Positions 33,984 to 43,337 of a stretch of DNA of 51,398 nt are shown one piece after another. The stretch spans positions 1 through 51,398 of the forward strand of contig JBIKUX010000019.1 of assembly GCA_044347345.1 (NCBI GenBank). The letters are read 5' to 3'. Within the stretch, counting starts at the first letter, position 1. Each line of letters opens with the position of its first letter. A program made the translations under genes and the position numbers. Origin of the DNA: Bdellovibrionota bacterium (lineage in GTDB: Bacteria > Bdellovibrionota_C > UBA2361 > JBIKUX01). Below the pieces are notes generated by a model. It was not told the origin of the DNA. It saw nothing but the letters and a program-made list of their open reading frames with translations, and made no database searches.

Positions 33984-34165
33984 TATTTCACTAAACCGAA
34001 ACTCTTAAACATTAATAACTATGCATTGTATGTCTTATTGGCTCAAAACTTAAATATTTTTAATCGTGTATAATTTATGAAATATTTAACCAAGCCATAC
34101 AGTCTAATTACTTTCTTTAGCTAAATTAATTACTTTTTTTTGCTAAAAAGTTTGTGCGCAAGAGT

Positions 34166-34192
34166 TAAGGGTTTTCTTGATTTCTCCGACAT
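34166..34192 (+). promoter_or_regulatory. Candidate sigma28-type promoter
   Basis: TAAGGGTT-N11-TCCGACAT, about 105 bp upstream of the CheY-like gene. Confidence 0.4.
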
Positions 34193-34298
34193 GACCTTTG
34201 AACAGAATTTTTACTAGTAGAGCGGCATAAAAATCCTTACACAAGTAATTAAATTACCTTTTGTAAAAATTGCAAATAGAAGTTAACTATTAATTTTA

Positions 34299-34730
34299 AT
34301 GACAAAAATTCATAAGCTTCCCTCAGTTCTTATTGTTGATGATCTGGCAACATCTCGGAGAATAATGCGAGATATGCTCGAGGAAATGGGTTTTAGTGAA
34401 ATATTTGAATCTGCTGACTGCGCAACTGCTGCGGAATACATCTATTCCGGAAAAATAGGAATAGTCATTTGTGACTATGCTATTGAAGCTAACAAGACCG
34501 GTGTAGACCTTCTCCGTCTGGCTCAAACAACTGAAAACTCAAAAAACATACCTTTTTTATTCGTTAGTGGTCGAGCGGATATATCTGCCGCTGAGGGTGC
34601 TATTAGATTAGGTGCAAGTGCTTGGATGATGAAGCCAGCTTCATATCCCGAACTGAGATGTAAGGTAAGTGAAATGATCGAAAAAGCATATTTATTAAGC
34701 AAAGAAAACGATAAGTATGATTATTTATAA
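34299..34730 (+). CDS. Single-domain CheY-like response regulator
   Basis: LIVDD, phospho-acceptor ICD, TG.DLL, FVSG, GA...KP. Confidence 0.9.
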   Translation: MTKIHKLPSVLIVDDLATSRRIMRDMLEEMGFSEIFESADCATAAEYIYSGKIGIVICDYAIEANKTGVDLLRLAQTTENSKNIPFLFVSGRADISAAEGAIRLGASAWMMKPASYPELRCKVSEMIEKAYLLSKENDKYDYL

Positions 34731-34751
34731 CTTTATTGGTGAGTAATAGTT

Positions 34752-35843
34752 TTGAGAATAACTCAAAAACTACGATTAATCTCACTCAAAAAAACAGTTA
34801 CTTACCTACTGCTACTTAGCATATTAATCATTTTTTATTTATTTACTAATCAATATCAACTGAACTTTTTCATCAGAGTTGACCTAATCTTTCTGGGGTA
34901 TTGCTTTGTAATAGTATGTTCCGTTTTAATGACGCGTTTTTATACTTTTTTTGAGATTAATAACTTCTTAAAAAATCAAAAAATATTACCTCAAGAATCC
35001 CCAAATAAAAAAAATTTGATCAATTTTTTTAACAATGATTGTGACTATCGCAAACAAATAACTCTTATTATAAGCTCGCTAATTGAAGACAATCACCAAC
35101 TTTCAAATAAAGTATCAGAGTTAAATAGTCAGATCGAGAAAGATCAGCTTAAGAATGAACAAGATTTAAAATTTCATTATATAGGCTATTTAGTTGGCAA
35201 ATGCAGGGGGATTACCAATTCGTTGGTACAACGGGAACCGAAGGTTTCAGAATTTGGAACGGCTCTAAGCTTAACCTTAAATGAGATTGTTAAGATAATA
35301 AATCAAGAGAAAACCGAGATTCCCGATCCTTGTCTCAAGGTGAGTGATATTTTTAATGAGAAAACTTGTTCAATTGAGGGACTAAACGAATCGTCGTACA
35401 ATGATTCCCCAACCTTAATCAACTCACTTAAAGATGTTTTTAATTATCAAGCCTTAGGTCTACAAGAATATAGCCCGCCTCTCTTGATTGATTATACATC
35501 TCTTTTTCAGAGATGCGGGAAAAACGAGCGAAGATTAAAAATGGTTCTGAAATTATTCTCTGATAATCTCGAGGATGTCCTAACCACAGTAGATAACTCA
35601 ATTAAACCTAGCGACAGTATTGATAAAAGTAGCAATGGTGTGAACTGTGAGGCAAATCAATCCTTACATAAATTAAAGGGATTTCTATTAGAATCAGGAT
35701 GCATATTTGAAGCCTATGTAACGGAAAATTTAGAGCTAAAATCTTCAACCATGCCTATTGAAGAAATACATAAATATTTTAATCAGATTCAGGAGCGTGT
35801 TAGGAGATTGAAGTCTTTAATTGAGCCCATGCTATCTCCTTAA
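34752..35843 (+). CDS. Membrane-anchored protein with C-terminal HPt domain
   Basis: Two N-terminal TM helices, a coiled coil, then L.R.G.....L..VL.LF...LHKLKG. Confidence 0.7.
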   Translation: MRITQKLRLISLKKTVTYLLLLSILIIFYLFTNQYQLNFFIRVDLIFLGYCFVIVCSVLMTRFYTFFEINNFLKNQKILPQESPNKKNLINFFNNDCDYRKQITLIISSLIEDNHQLSNKVSELNSQIEKDQLKNEQDLKFHYIGYLVGKCRGITNSLVQREPKVSEFGTALSLTLNEIVKIINQEKTEIPDPCLKVSDIFNEKTCSIEGLNESSYNDSPTLINSLKDVFNYQALGLQEYSPPLLIDYTSLFQRCGKNERRLKMVLKLFSDNLEDVLTTVDNSIKPSDSIDKSSNGVNCEANQSLHKLKGFLLESGCIFEAYVTENLELKSSTMPIEEIHKYFNQIQERVRRLKSLIEPMLSP

Positions 35844-38800
35844 AGTAATTTTGAGAATGCTTCTGCAATAGCTGAGGGTTTGATAGGCTTAACTAGCACC
35901 AAATCAACTCCAGACCGATAAATAAGATCATGCCGATCAGCTAAAGCTTGGGCGGTCGCAGCTATAATTGGGATACGGCGCGATGCAGAAACTTGCTTTT
36001 CAAGTGACCGGATATACAAAGATGCCACGTCTCCGTTCATGTGCGTCATACTAATATCAGTTATGATAAGGTCAAACGGGTCAAACTTCTCTCTTCCAGA
36101 TAATTGGGGGCTTATAAGTTCAATTAGTTCTTTGCCATCTGACACCTCTGTTACTATATGGCCTGCCTCTTCGAGCATATTTTTTAGAATAAAACGTGTT
36201 GTAATTGTATCATCAGCAATCAATATTTTTAATGTTCGTGAAAATGCTAGTTGACTATTACTGCCAAGCTCAATTTCGGAAGTATAAGATTCTTTTACTC
36301 CTTGTGCTGCCCAAATTATCTCCTCAGCCAGAGCTGGAACTGTAACATATCCACTTAATGAATACGGCTCTAATGATTCTCTTAGAGAAATCCGTGACGG
36401 TGTAACTATGCCAATGACCTTTACTCGACCATGACGAGCAAAGGAATCAGCTGTAGATATAACAGATGGTAATTCAAGAGCTTCTTCAGACAAAACGATC
36501 AAGCAATCAGTATTGACCGTAGTCAATCCCAACAGTAACTGAGCTGAGTCCTCTAAAGGTATAAGTTCAGTAAATAATCCAAAACGATTTAAACCTGAAA
36601 CAAGAGTTTCATTAGAAATGTTTTTTGACCCTATAAATAGTGTTCTACTAGGCCAGAAATTTTCTCTTCCGTCATTATTTAACCGTGGCACGATGTCACT
36701 TTGCTTGCTTTCATCAATATCTAATGGAAGAAAAATCGTAAACTTACTCCCCTTATCTATTGTACTGATAGCAGAAATAGTCCCACCCATACCCTCAATG
36801 AATTCTTTCACTATGGAAAGCCCCAATCCTGTACCCTGATATTGAACCTGTGAATCTTCAACCTGCTTGTACGGAGCAAATATGGTTTCTAGCTTATTTT
36901 CTGGGATCCCCAGCCCAGTATCTTCGACAGTCATACATAGCTTGATGGTATTCTTGCACTTACCGACAACTGAAAGAGTTAATTTTACGACTCCACGCTC
37001 TGTAAACTTAATGGAATTTCCGAGAAGATTAATTAGAACTTGCCTTATTCGTATAGGGTCACCAATACAATAAAGTGGCACAGTTGGATGAATATCTACC
37101 ACTAAATCTATTTTTTTATCTTCACTTGTCGTTAATTTAGTGTCGAGACGTGACGAGATAATTTTCATCGTATCTCTGATCATTTTTCGTAAATCAAAAC
37201 GTACATAATTAAATGTTAGTTCTCCTGCCTCTGCCTTAGAATAATCAAGAATTTCATTAACAGATTCAAGAAGACTTTCTGATGCAAGATTAGCCATCTG
37301 CAACAGTTCGCGCACAGATTTTGAAATTTCAGAGTGTCCCAAAATAATATTATGAATGCCAATTATTCCAGAAAGAGGAGTTCGTAGCTCGTGACTTATT
37401 TTTGCTATAAACATTGATTTTGCTTTATTAGCGACATCAGCAGCATCTTTTGCCTTAGATATATCCTCCTGTGCTCTTTGTAACGCAGCTAGCATACTGT
37501 TTATATTGGTGGCTAAACTGGCTATTTCGTCACGACCAGAACTAAAAATCTTTTGATGTAGATTCCCTGTCAGAGTTATATTTTTTGACTGTTTCCCTAT
37601 ATTATCAATTCTAACAAGCATTAAACGACTTACTCCAATCAGAGTTGTAGCTATACATACAATTCCACCGATAAAGATATACAGTGGCAATATTTTCGCT
37701 GCTAATCTGCCCTGCTCATAAATACTTCTTGGTAGAATTATAGACAACCGGAAGGCTGTATTTCCTCTAGGATCTTTTATTGGTAATGTAGCCTTTATTG
37801 TTGATTCTGTGATTGGGAGAATCGATCTAGTATTTACTAAATTGTCCCCAACCATTCTATCAAAATTCAGTGATAAATTCGTTTGTTTACTTAATTCTTG
37901 CTCAAACTGCTCATCAATAGATTTAGCAAATAGTAACCATCCTCGGGGCTCACCCAATCTTTTTGAATTCAATACTTGACTAGCTCCAACTAATACAACA
38001 GTGTCAGGAAGGTTTATAAATCCGCTAATTTCTTTACTATTTTTTGCACTTAACGGTACGCTTTTAAAGCGTTCTACAGTTCTCGTATTAACTGGGTGTA
38101 AAACTTTTTTATCCTTGTCAGTCTTGTATCCGTCAATTAGTGATACTTCTCGATTAAATAAAAGAACATGGCTAATTCCCATTTTTTCGAAAGTATCAAA
38201 GCCAAAGTTTGAAGTCTTGTATTTCGCGTCTCCTGTTAAAACAAAACTGTATGTTTCATCCCACTGAGCCCAATCTACTGTTTTCCTTAAAAGCTCATTT
38301 AATCTAGCTTGGAGGGCTCTGTATCCTCGTTCAAGATCCTCTTTTGCTTCCTTTTGTTCTATCTCTTCAAACTGCTTTAGAAATAATCGAGTAAGCGTTG
38401 TGCCAGTAAAAATGATTGTTCCAGCAAAAACTAAAGCTATACAACTGAAGGTTTTTATTTTTAAGGAAATACCAGTAGAAGAAATATTAAGGAATTTATT
38501 TGCAAAAATCCCCTTCACTGCAATCTGTTTAGCATGTTCAGAAAGAAGATTTATATGTTTGATTGCAGCTATATAAATTACAAATATGAGAAAAAAAGTT
38601 GCTACTATTCCACTTATGCCCAAAATTAAAACAGATATTGCTTGGAATTTTTTTGCAAATAATAGTACCTCTCTATTACTAGTAACCGAAAACAAATATA
38701 AAGGGTTTCCGCTGATATCCCTCAATAAGCCATATCCATAACTTAAATTTTTACTTGGAAAAGCTAGTTCTACATTGTTTTTACTCCTCTTGAGCTTGTC

Positions 38801-39448
38801 GACAATCAATTTATTACTAAGCGAATTTTTTACCAAAGAAAAAGTTGTATTTAGATTTACCCGATAAGATAAATCACTAAAAATCTGTTCACTTAACAGA
38901 GTAATTGCTACTAAAGTGCCTCGTGATGACCCTGTTCCGGAATTTGGTAGAATTGGTGAAGATGCAAATAAATACCCACGACCACTTATTTCTATAAGAC
39001 CACGCGCCTGAGAATTTTGATTAGTTGTTAACAACTGTTTTATTAATTCAATTTGTTCAGATGGTACTTCTACTTTTGAGTCACCCCTAGTACTAATACT
39101 AGTGCCGTAATAAAAATCCCCGGATGATGAAAAATATAAGAGGCTAGTATAGCCAAGCGCACTCATGGTAAGAGGATTTAGGTTTTCTTGAATATATGAC
39201 GGCGCTTGACTCTTCATAAACTGATATGAATCATCCCAATGAGCCCAGTCCACCAGTTTAATAGCATGTTGGTCTACAATGGCTTTAATACCATTTTCAA
39301 CGCGCTCGACATTTCGGATCAAAACAGATTCTTCTAACTTATTAAAAGTTTTGACTGTCTGTTGATTAAAAATAAGATATAGCCCAAGACTAAGAATGGT
39401 TACTGTAGATAATGGAACAAGCGCAGTACGAAGTAGAAGTTTCATCAA
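35840..39448 (-). CDS. Hybrid sensor histidine kinase with two CHASE4 domains, HAMP, HisKA, HATPase_c and receiver
   Basis: DWAHWDDSYQF and DWAQWDETYSF repeats, GRDEI..LA..IN.ML, SHELRTPL, NLLGNSIKFT, GTGLGL, IADD...DISM...KP. Confidence 0.92.
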   Translation of the reverse strand: MMKLLLRTALVPLSTVTILSLGLYLIFNQQTVKTFNKLEESVLIRNVERVENGIKAIVDQHAIKLVDWAHWDDSYQFMKSQAPSYIQENLNPLTMSALGYTSLLYFSSSGDFYYGTSISTRGDSKVEVPSEQIELIKQLLTTNQNSQARGLIEISGRGYLFASSPILPNSGTGSSRGTLVAITLLSEQIFSDLSYRVNLNTTFSLVKNSLSNKLIVDKLKRSKNNVELAFPSKNLSYGYGLLRDISGNPLYLFSVTSNREVLLFAKKFQAISVLILGISGIVATFFLIFVIYIAAIKHINLLSEHAKQIAVKGIFANKFLNISSTGISLKIKTFSCIALVFAGTIIFTGTTLTRLFLKQFEEIEQKEAKEDLERGYRALQARLNELLRKTVDWAQWDETYSFVLTGDAKYKTSNFGFDTFEKMGISHVLLFNREVSLIDGYKTDKDKKVLHPVNTRTVERFKSVPLSAKNSKEISGFINLPDTVVLVGASQVLNSKRLGEPRGWLLFAKSIDEQFEQELSKQTNLSLNFDRMVGDNLVNTRSILPITESTIKATLPIKDPRGNTAFRLSIILPRSIYEQGRLAAKILPLYIFIGGIVCIATTLIGVSRLMLVRIDNIGKQSKNITLTGNLHQKIFSSGRDEIASLATNINSMLAALQRAQEDISKAKDAADVANKAKSMFIAKISHELRTPLSGIIGIHNIILGHSEISKSVRELLQMANLASESLLESVNEILDYSKAEAGELTFNYVRFDLRKMIRDTMKIISSRLDTKLTTSEDKKIDLVVDIHPTVPLYCIGDPIRIRQVLINLLGNSIKFTERGVVKLTLSVVGKCKNTIKLCMTVEDTGLGIPENKLETIFAPYKQVEDSQVQYQGTGLGLSIVKEFIEGMGGTISAISTIDKGSKFTIFLPLDIDESKQSDIVPRLNNDGRENFWPSRTLFIGSKNISNETLVSGLNRFGLFTELIPLEDSAQLLLGLTTVNTDCLIVLSEEALELPSVISTADSFARHGRVKVIGIVTPSRISLRESLEPYSLSGYVTVPALAEEIIWAAQGVKESYTSEIELGSNSQLAFSRTLKILIADDTITTRFILKNMLEEAGHIVTEVSDGKELIELISPQLSGREKFDPFDLIITDISMTHMNGDVASLYIRSLEKQVSASRRIPIIAATAQALADRHDLIYRSGVDLVLVKPIKPSAIAEAFSKLL

Positions 39449-39563
39449 GTGAAACCCAAAAAACCTAGTTTTTATAAAAACTTCTCGTGTACCTTGTGAT
39501 CGGTCGTTTTTTGTTAAATCTGTACCTAAATAGTAGTAAATAATATTTAACTTTTAAGTTAAT

Positions 39564-40346
39564 ATGAAATTGGATAAAAAAACTAAGAGCGAGATTTTAT
39601 ACGGTTACAGCCAAATATACCTGGATCAATATTGGCCTGAGACCCCACAATCCGCGCTAGAATGGACTGATAACGCTGTTTTAATGCTTGCTTATCAAGA
39701 AGCTGGTTTGGAAATTATGAAGCACTTCGGAGGTAAGTCAATGCCTCTTCTCGATGTATCTACTGGGCCTGCTCTTGCTCCACTCTTAGCCCTCCTTACT
39801 TGTGTATCAGATGTGCAGTTATCGGATTATAACTTAGATAATCGCCGTTCATTACAAGAAATGGATGTAAGTTATTGGCGTAATTATGTTCCAATGCTCA
39901 CTAAAATATACGATGAGCCTTACAATCATGTTGATGAAATACTGGCATATCTTGATAGAAAAAAATCCCAAAATCCGCCTGTACATGTAGACCTTTTTAA
40001 CGACCCTATTTTTCCATCAACCATACGAAGTGATAATTTTTCCATCGTATCAATGAATTTTGTGGCTGATTCCATAGCCAGTAACTTGAAAGATTACTTA
40101 TCCTGCTTGGATAAAGTATTAAACTTAGTGCGTTCTGGTGGAGCATTTATCATGTCCGCTGTGGTTGATTCCAATGGCTGGAATTTAGGCCAAGAATTAG
40201 AACCTTCTCCAAACGTATCTGAGAAAATTATCATTGATTTCTTAACAAGTAACGGCTTTGTTATAAAGAATGTCTCACGTTCTATGAGATATTCTGGTCT
40301 TTCCTATTCGGGTGGATGGATAGTACTAGCGGCCATACGAGAATAA
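39564..40346 (+). CDS. NNMT/PNMT/TEMT-family SAM-dependent small-molecule N-methyltransferase
   Basis: YLDQYW, LLDVSTGP, LSDY...NR, YW, NLVRSGGAF align with NNMT-family YL..YY, LID.GSGP, DY...N, W, L.PGG. Confidence 0.75.
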   Translation: MKLDKKTKSEILYGYSQIYLDQYWPETPQSALEWTDNAVLMLAYQEAGLEIMKHFGGKSMPLLDVSTGPALAPLLALLTCVSDVQLSDYNLDNRRSLQEMDVSYWRNYVPMLTKIYDEPYNHVDEILAYLDRKKSQNPPVHVDLFNDPIFPSTIRSDNFSIVSMNFVADSIASNLKDYLSCLDKVLNLVRSGGAFIMSAVVDSNGWNLGQELEPSPNVSEKIIIDFLTSNGFVIKNVSRSMRYSGLSYSGGWIVLAAIRE

Positions 40347-40362
40347 AAAGCCCTAAAAAAAT

Positions 40363-40689
40363 ATGCTTGATTCACCACTTTTGCGATTTTTTATTCTTGC
40401 TGCTTGCGCAAGTCTATTTGTAATCTGTGATTCACTCGCTGCACATTGGGGTAAAAATAATTCTTTACCTGCTCTGATTACCGTTATAGTTATTGCCCCA
40501 TTTAGCTATATTCTTTTTGGTTATCTTAATCAAAAATATCCATTAGCTGTAGTTTCAGCTTGGGTTACGATTGTTCTATGTGTAACTACCGTGCTTGTAG
40601 GGTTTTTCTTTTTTAATGATACAGTTAGCTTGAGACAAGGATTAGGAATTGCTTTGGCAATTTCTGCCATGCTGCTCCTTGTAACTTAA
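40363..40689 (+). CDS. Small 4-TM SMR/DMT-superfamily transporter
   Basis: 108 aa, 4 TM segments, PLAV....W......VLVG..FF.D.VS..Q.LG; lacks the canonical TM1 Glu. Confidence 0.75.
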   Translation: MLDSPLLRFFILAACASLFVICDSLAAHWGKNNSLPALITVIVIAPFSYILFGYLNQKYPLAVVSAWVTIVLCVTTVLVGFFFFNDTVSLRQGLGIALAISAMLLLVT

Positions 40690-40773
40690 AGGGTTAATCT
40701 CAAACAACTAATAGAGCTCACATAATTACCTCAATAACTTAAACAACCTAAACAAATTCCAATATTACAGCTA

Positions 40774-41817
40774 TTACGAGCAGTAGTCCTCTAATACTCC
40801 TTTTCTACGCACGTCGAGCGTGACACAGTGGAAACCTCCTCCCATGGTACGAGCGTGACGCAACTGCAAAGGTAAAACATCAACATCTCGCTTCTCAAGT
40901 TCTCTTATAAGAGAGACTTGATTTTTATCAACTACAGCTAGACTAGGATTAATCATCATAAAATTTAATCCGATCCACTTTGAGGCATAAGAAATTGAGT
41001 TAAACCCGATATCATAAACGTCAGAAATATAAATTACATCCCAAGTCTCAAATATTTTTGGCAAATTATCCTCTGACACTCTTTCAGCACAAGCTACAAG
41101 TAATCCTGGACGAACTAGTGTAAAGGTGGTGTCAATGTGACTGCCACTGTAGACGTTGTCACACACGTGAACTCTAAATTCATCACCTAAAACACTTTGT
41201 AGCCAAGTTGCTCCATCCCTATTCCCAGTATCTGAAACAAGATACAAAATATCTCGGCCAATCCTTAGTATATTAGCCGCATCAAAAATTGGCTCTCCCT
41301 CACATATGGCTGTCTCGCCATCTAATTGCGGAACTCGGTAAATGGCGTCTAGTAATCGTGGTTTTGGAGCACTAATCCAACGAGCACCACTTCTCATATA
41401 ATCAATGAGGATTGATTTGTATGAGATAGTTTCAAACTGGCGCGCTCTCAAAGTCATTGGCGCCTCTATTATCATATTTCCACTACACACAAATAGGTCG
41501 CGTGGACAATAATTATATTGGCCATCGGAATGCCAATCTGGTGAAGAAAATGAGCGAGCATGATCAAAGATTTCAGGCCTTCTAACAATAATACCGAGAT
41601 TTTTTAACTCAGAAACAAAGATATCTAAGTCCTCATTTGTTTCATCAATGCACCGTTTTGGATAACGACCCGACGGCACCTGATAAGGCAGACTAAATTG
41701 ACGATACTCTACCGCATAAAGACCTTTATCACAGAGAGCGATTTGTGCATTATCTGCACGACCAACAATTACTTCCTCAAGAGGATCCCACTCGGTGTAA
41801 ACATTAACTTTACTCAT
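40774..41817 (-). CDS. Arginine-dependent amidinotransferase (AGAT/StrB1 family)
   Basis: EWDPLEEVIVG, NYCPRD, IEAPM..R.R..E, FDAAN (Asp), HIDTT (His), GGGFHCVTLD (Cys). Confidence 0.93.
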   Translation of the reverse strand: MSKVNVYTEWDPLEEVIVGRADNAQIALCDKGLYAVEYRQFSLPYQVPSGRYPKRCIDETNEDLDIFVSELKNLGIIVRRPEIFDHARSFSSPDWHSDGQYNYCPRDLFVCSGNMIIEAPMTLRARQFETISYKSILIDYMRSGARWISAPKPRLLDAIYRVPQLDGETAICEGEPIFDAANILRIGRDILYLVSDTGNRDGATWLQSVLGDEFRVHVCDNVYSGSHIDTTFTLVRPGLLVACAERVSEDNLPKIFETWDVIYISDVYDIGFNSISYASKWIGLNFMMINPSLAVVDKNQVSLIRELEKRDVDVLPLQLRHARTMGGGFHCVTLDVRRKGVLEDYCS

Positions 41818-41937
41818 TTTAACTAATTTATAAAAAAAGGTTCAAATGTTGAGATTAGATATATCATACTAAACATAAAATTTACGCAGATTTTAATCAA
41901 AATTAGTGAAATATAAATTTTTAAAAAAAAGTTGCTA

Positions 41938-43152
41938 ATGACATTAGCTGAAGAACAATTTTTAAATACACCTTTTTTAGCGATATCTAAGGAGATTCTC
42001 GATGAAAATATAAATCTTCTAACTAAGCACTTATCATCTGTTAAACTTTTTTATGCTGTAAAAGCTAATTCATCCCTGGCTGTACTTAATTACTTTCTCA
42101 ATCGCTCAATTTCATTTGATGTTGCTTCTGCCGGTGAAATAAATTTACTAACCAGTATTGGTGCAAAAACGTCTGATTTATTTTTATCTACACCAATTAA
42201 AACTCAAGAAACTATTTCAGCACTTTTTGAACATGAAATTCCATATGCTACAGTTGACACGGTTCATGAGGTCGAACGTATTGTACACTACTGGCGTGAA
42301 AAAAAGACAATCCGCTATCTACCATCGCTGTTTATAAGATTAGCACTAACGTCAAGTGGAGCTCAGATTGATTTAAATAAAAAATTTGGCTGTAAACTTG
42401 ATGAAGGAGTGGTAGTAGCAGAGAGAGCCTCAAGTTTAGGTTTCAAAGTTTCGGGGATATCATTTCATGTAGGTTCAAATTGTATCAACCCTTCAAGTTA
42501 TAAAACAGGAATTAATGCAGCTCTACAACTAGCGTCCCTAATTATCAGTAAAACAGGAATAAAGCCTTCGATTATAAATATAGGCGGTGGATTTTGTGAT
42601 AAACGCCACGCATTAAAGCTAGGAATATGCCTTGATGAATATTTTTCATATATTCAGAAAAGTCTGATTCCGGCGTTAGATAAAGGTTTCTCAATATATG
42701 CAGAACCAGGAAGGATTCTAGTTAGTAATGCTGGAACATTAGTTTCATCCATTATTGGAATTAGTATTCGTAATGGTGTTCGATGGGCATACCTCAACGA
42801 CGGTATTTATGGCTGTTATTCCATTAAATTATATGAAAAACAGCCTTTGTCATTTATACGAATCAAAAGAAATAGTGGCACCAATGATAACCTAAAAAGT
42901 AATCTTGTTTCTTGGACTCTAGCTGGTCCAACCTGTGATTCCTTAGACGTTGTTGCAGAAGACGCTATCTTACCCGAAAACCTTAAAGTAGGAGACCTGA
43001 TAATTTCCCCTGATATGGGAGCCTACTCAATAGCAACTGCTTGTAATTTCAATGGCTTCAAACCTCCACCATGTTATTTGATAGAAAATAATTATCTATC
43101 AAACGATATCAATCTCTTTTCTCACCCTCGCCATGAGAATTTTACAACATGA
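41938..43152 (+). CDS. Fold-type III PLP decarboxylase, ornithine/lysine decarboxylase type
   Basis: FYAVKAN (PLP Lys), FDVAS.GE, KFG, FHVGS, NIGGGF, EPGR, DG.YG, GPTCDSLD, MGAY...FNGF; about 400 aa. Confidence 0.9.
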   Translation: MTLAEEQFLNTPFLAISKEILDENINLLTKHLSSVKLFYAVKANSSLAVLNYFLNRSISFDVASAGEINLLTSIGAKTSDLFLSTPIKTQETISALFEHEIPYATVDTVHEVERIVHYWREKKTIRYLPSLFIRLALTSSGAQIDLNKKFGCKLDEGVVVAERASSLGFKVSGISFHVGSNCINPSSYKTGINAALQLASLIISKTGIKPSIINIGGGFCDKRHALKLGICLDEYFSYIQKSLIPALDKGFSIYAEPGRILVSNAGTLVSSIIGISIRNGVRWAYLNDGIYGCYSIKLYEKQPLSFIRIKRNSGTNDNLKSNLVSWTLAGPTCDSLDVVAEDAILPENLKVGDLIISPDMGAYSIATACNFNGFKPPPCYLIENNYLSNDINLFSHPRHENFTT

Positions 43153-43199
43153 CTGAAGAAAATTTCTTACGGAATAAGTTTAAACAAAGCGTCAGAATA

Positions 43200-43227
43200 T
43201 AAAAACTTCTCCTAGAATCGCCGAGGT
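43200..43227 (+). promoter_or_regulatory. Candidate sigma28-type promoter
   Basis: TAAA-N16-GCCGAGGT, about 110 bp upstream of the 43338 gene. Confidence 0.3.
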
Positions 43228-43337
43228 ATTATTACAAGAAATAAGGATAAATCCTTTTCTTGCTCAAAGTTACTGTAAAATAATGGGTGTCTCAGAGAGC
43301 AAGTTAAAGAGAACAACATAACAGGTGAGGTAGCCGT

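Noticed and set aside
40774-41817. Streptomycin, saxitoxin or cylindrospermopsin cluster, or arginine deiminase
   Set aside because: No accompanying pathway genes. The EWDPL, FDAA and GGGFHC motifs fit amidinotransferases rather than arginine deiminase.
39449-41937. Guanidine riboswitch controlling the SMR or amidinotransferase genes
   Set aside because: The intergenic regions are short and very AT-rich; I see no paired ACGR hairpins or ykkC-like core. An Rfam scan was not run.
41938-43152. lysA (DAP decarboxylase) or speA
   Set aside because: It has GPTCDS rather than the GP.CE motif of LysA and is far shorter than SpeA.
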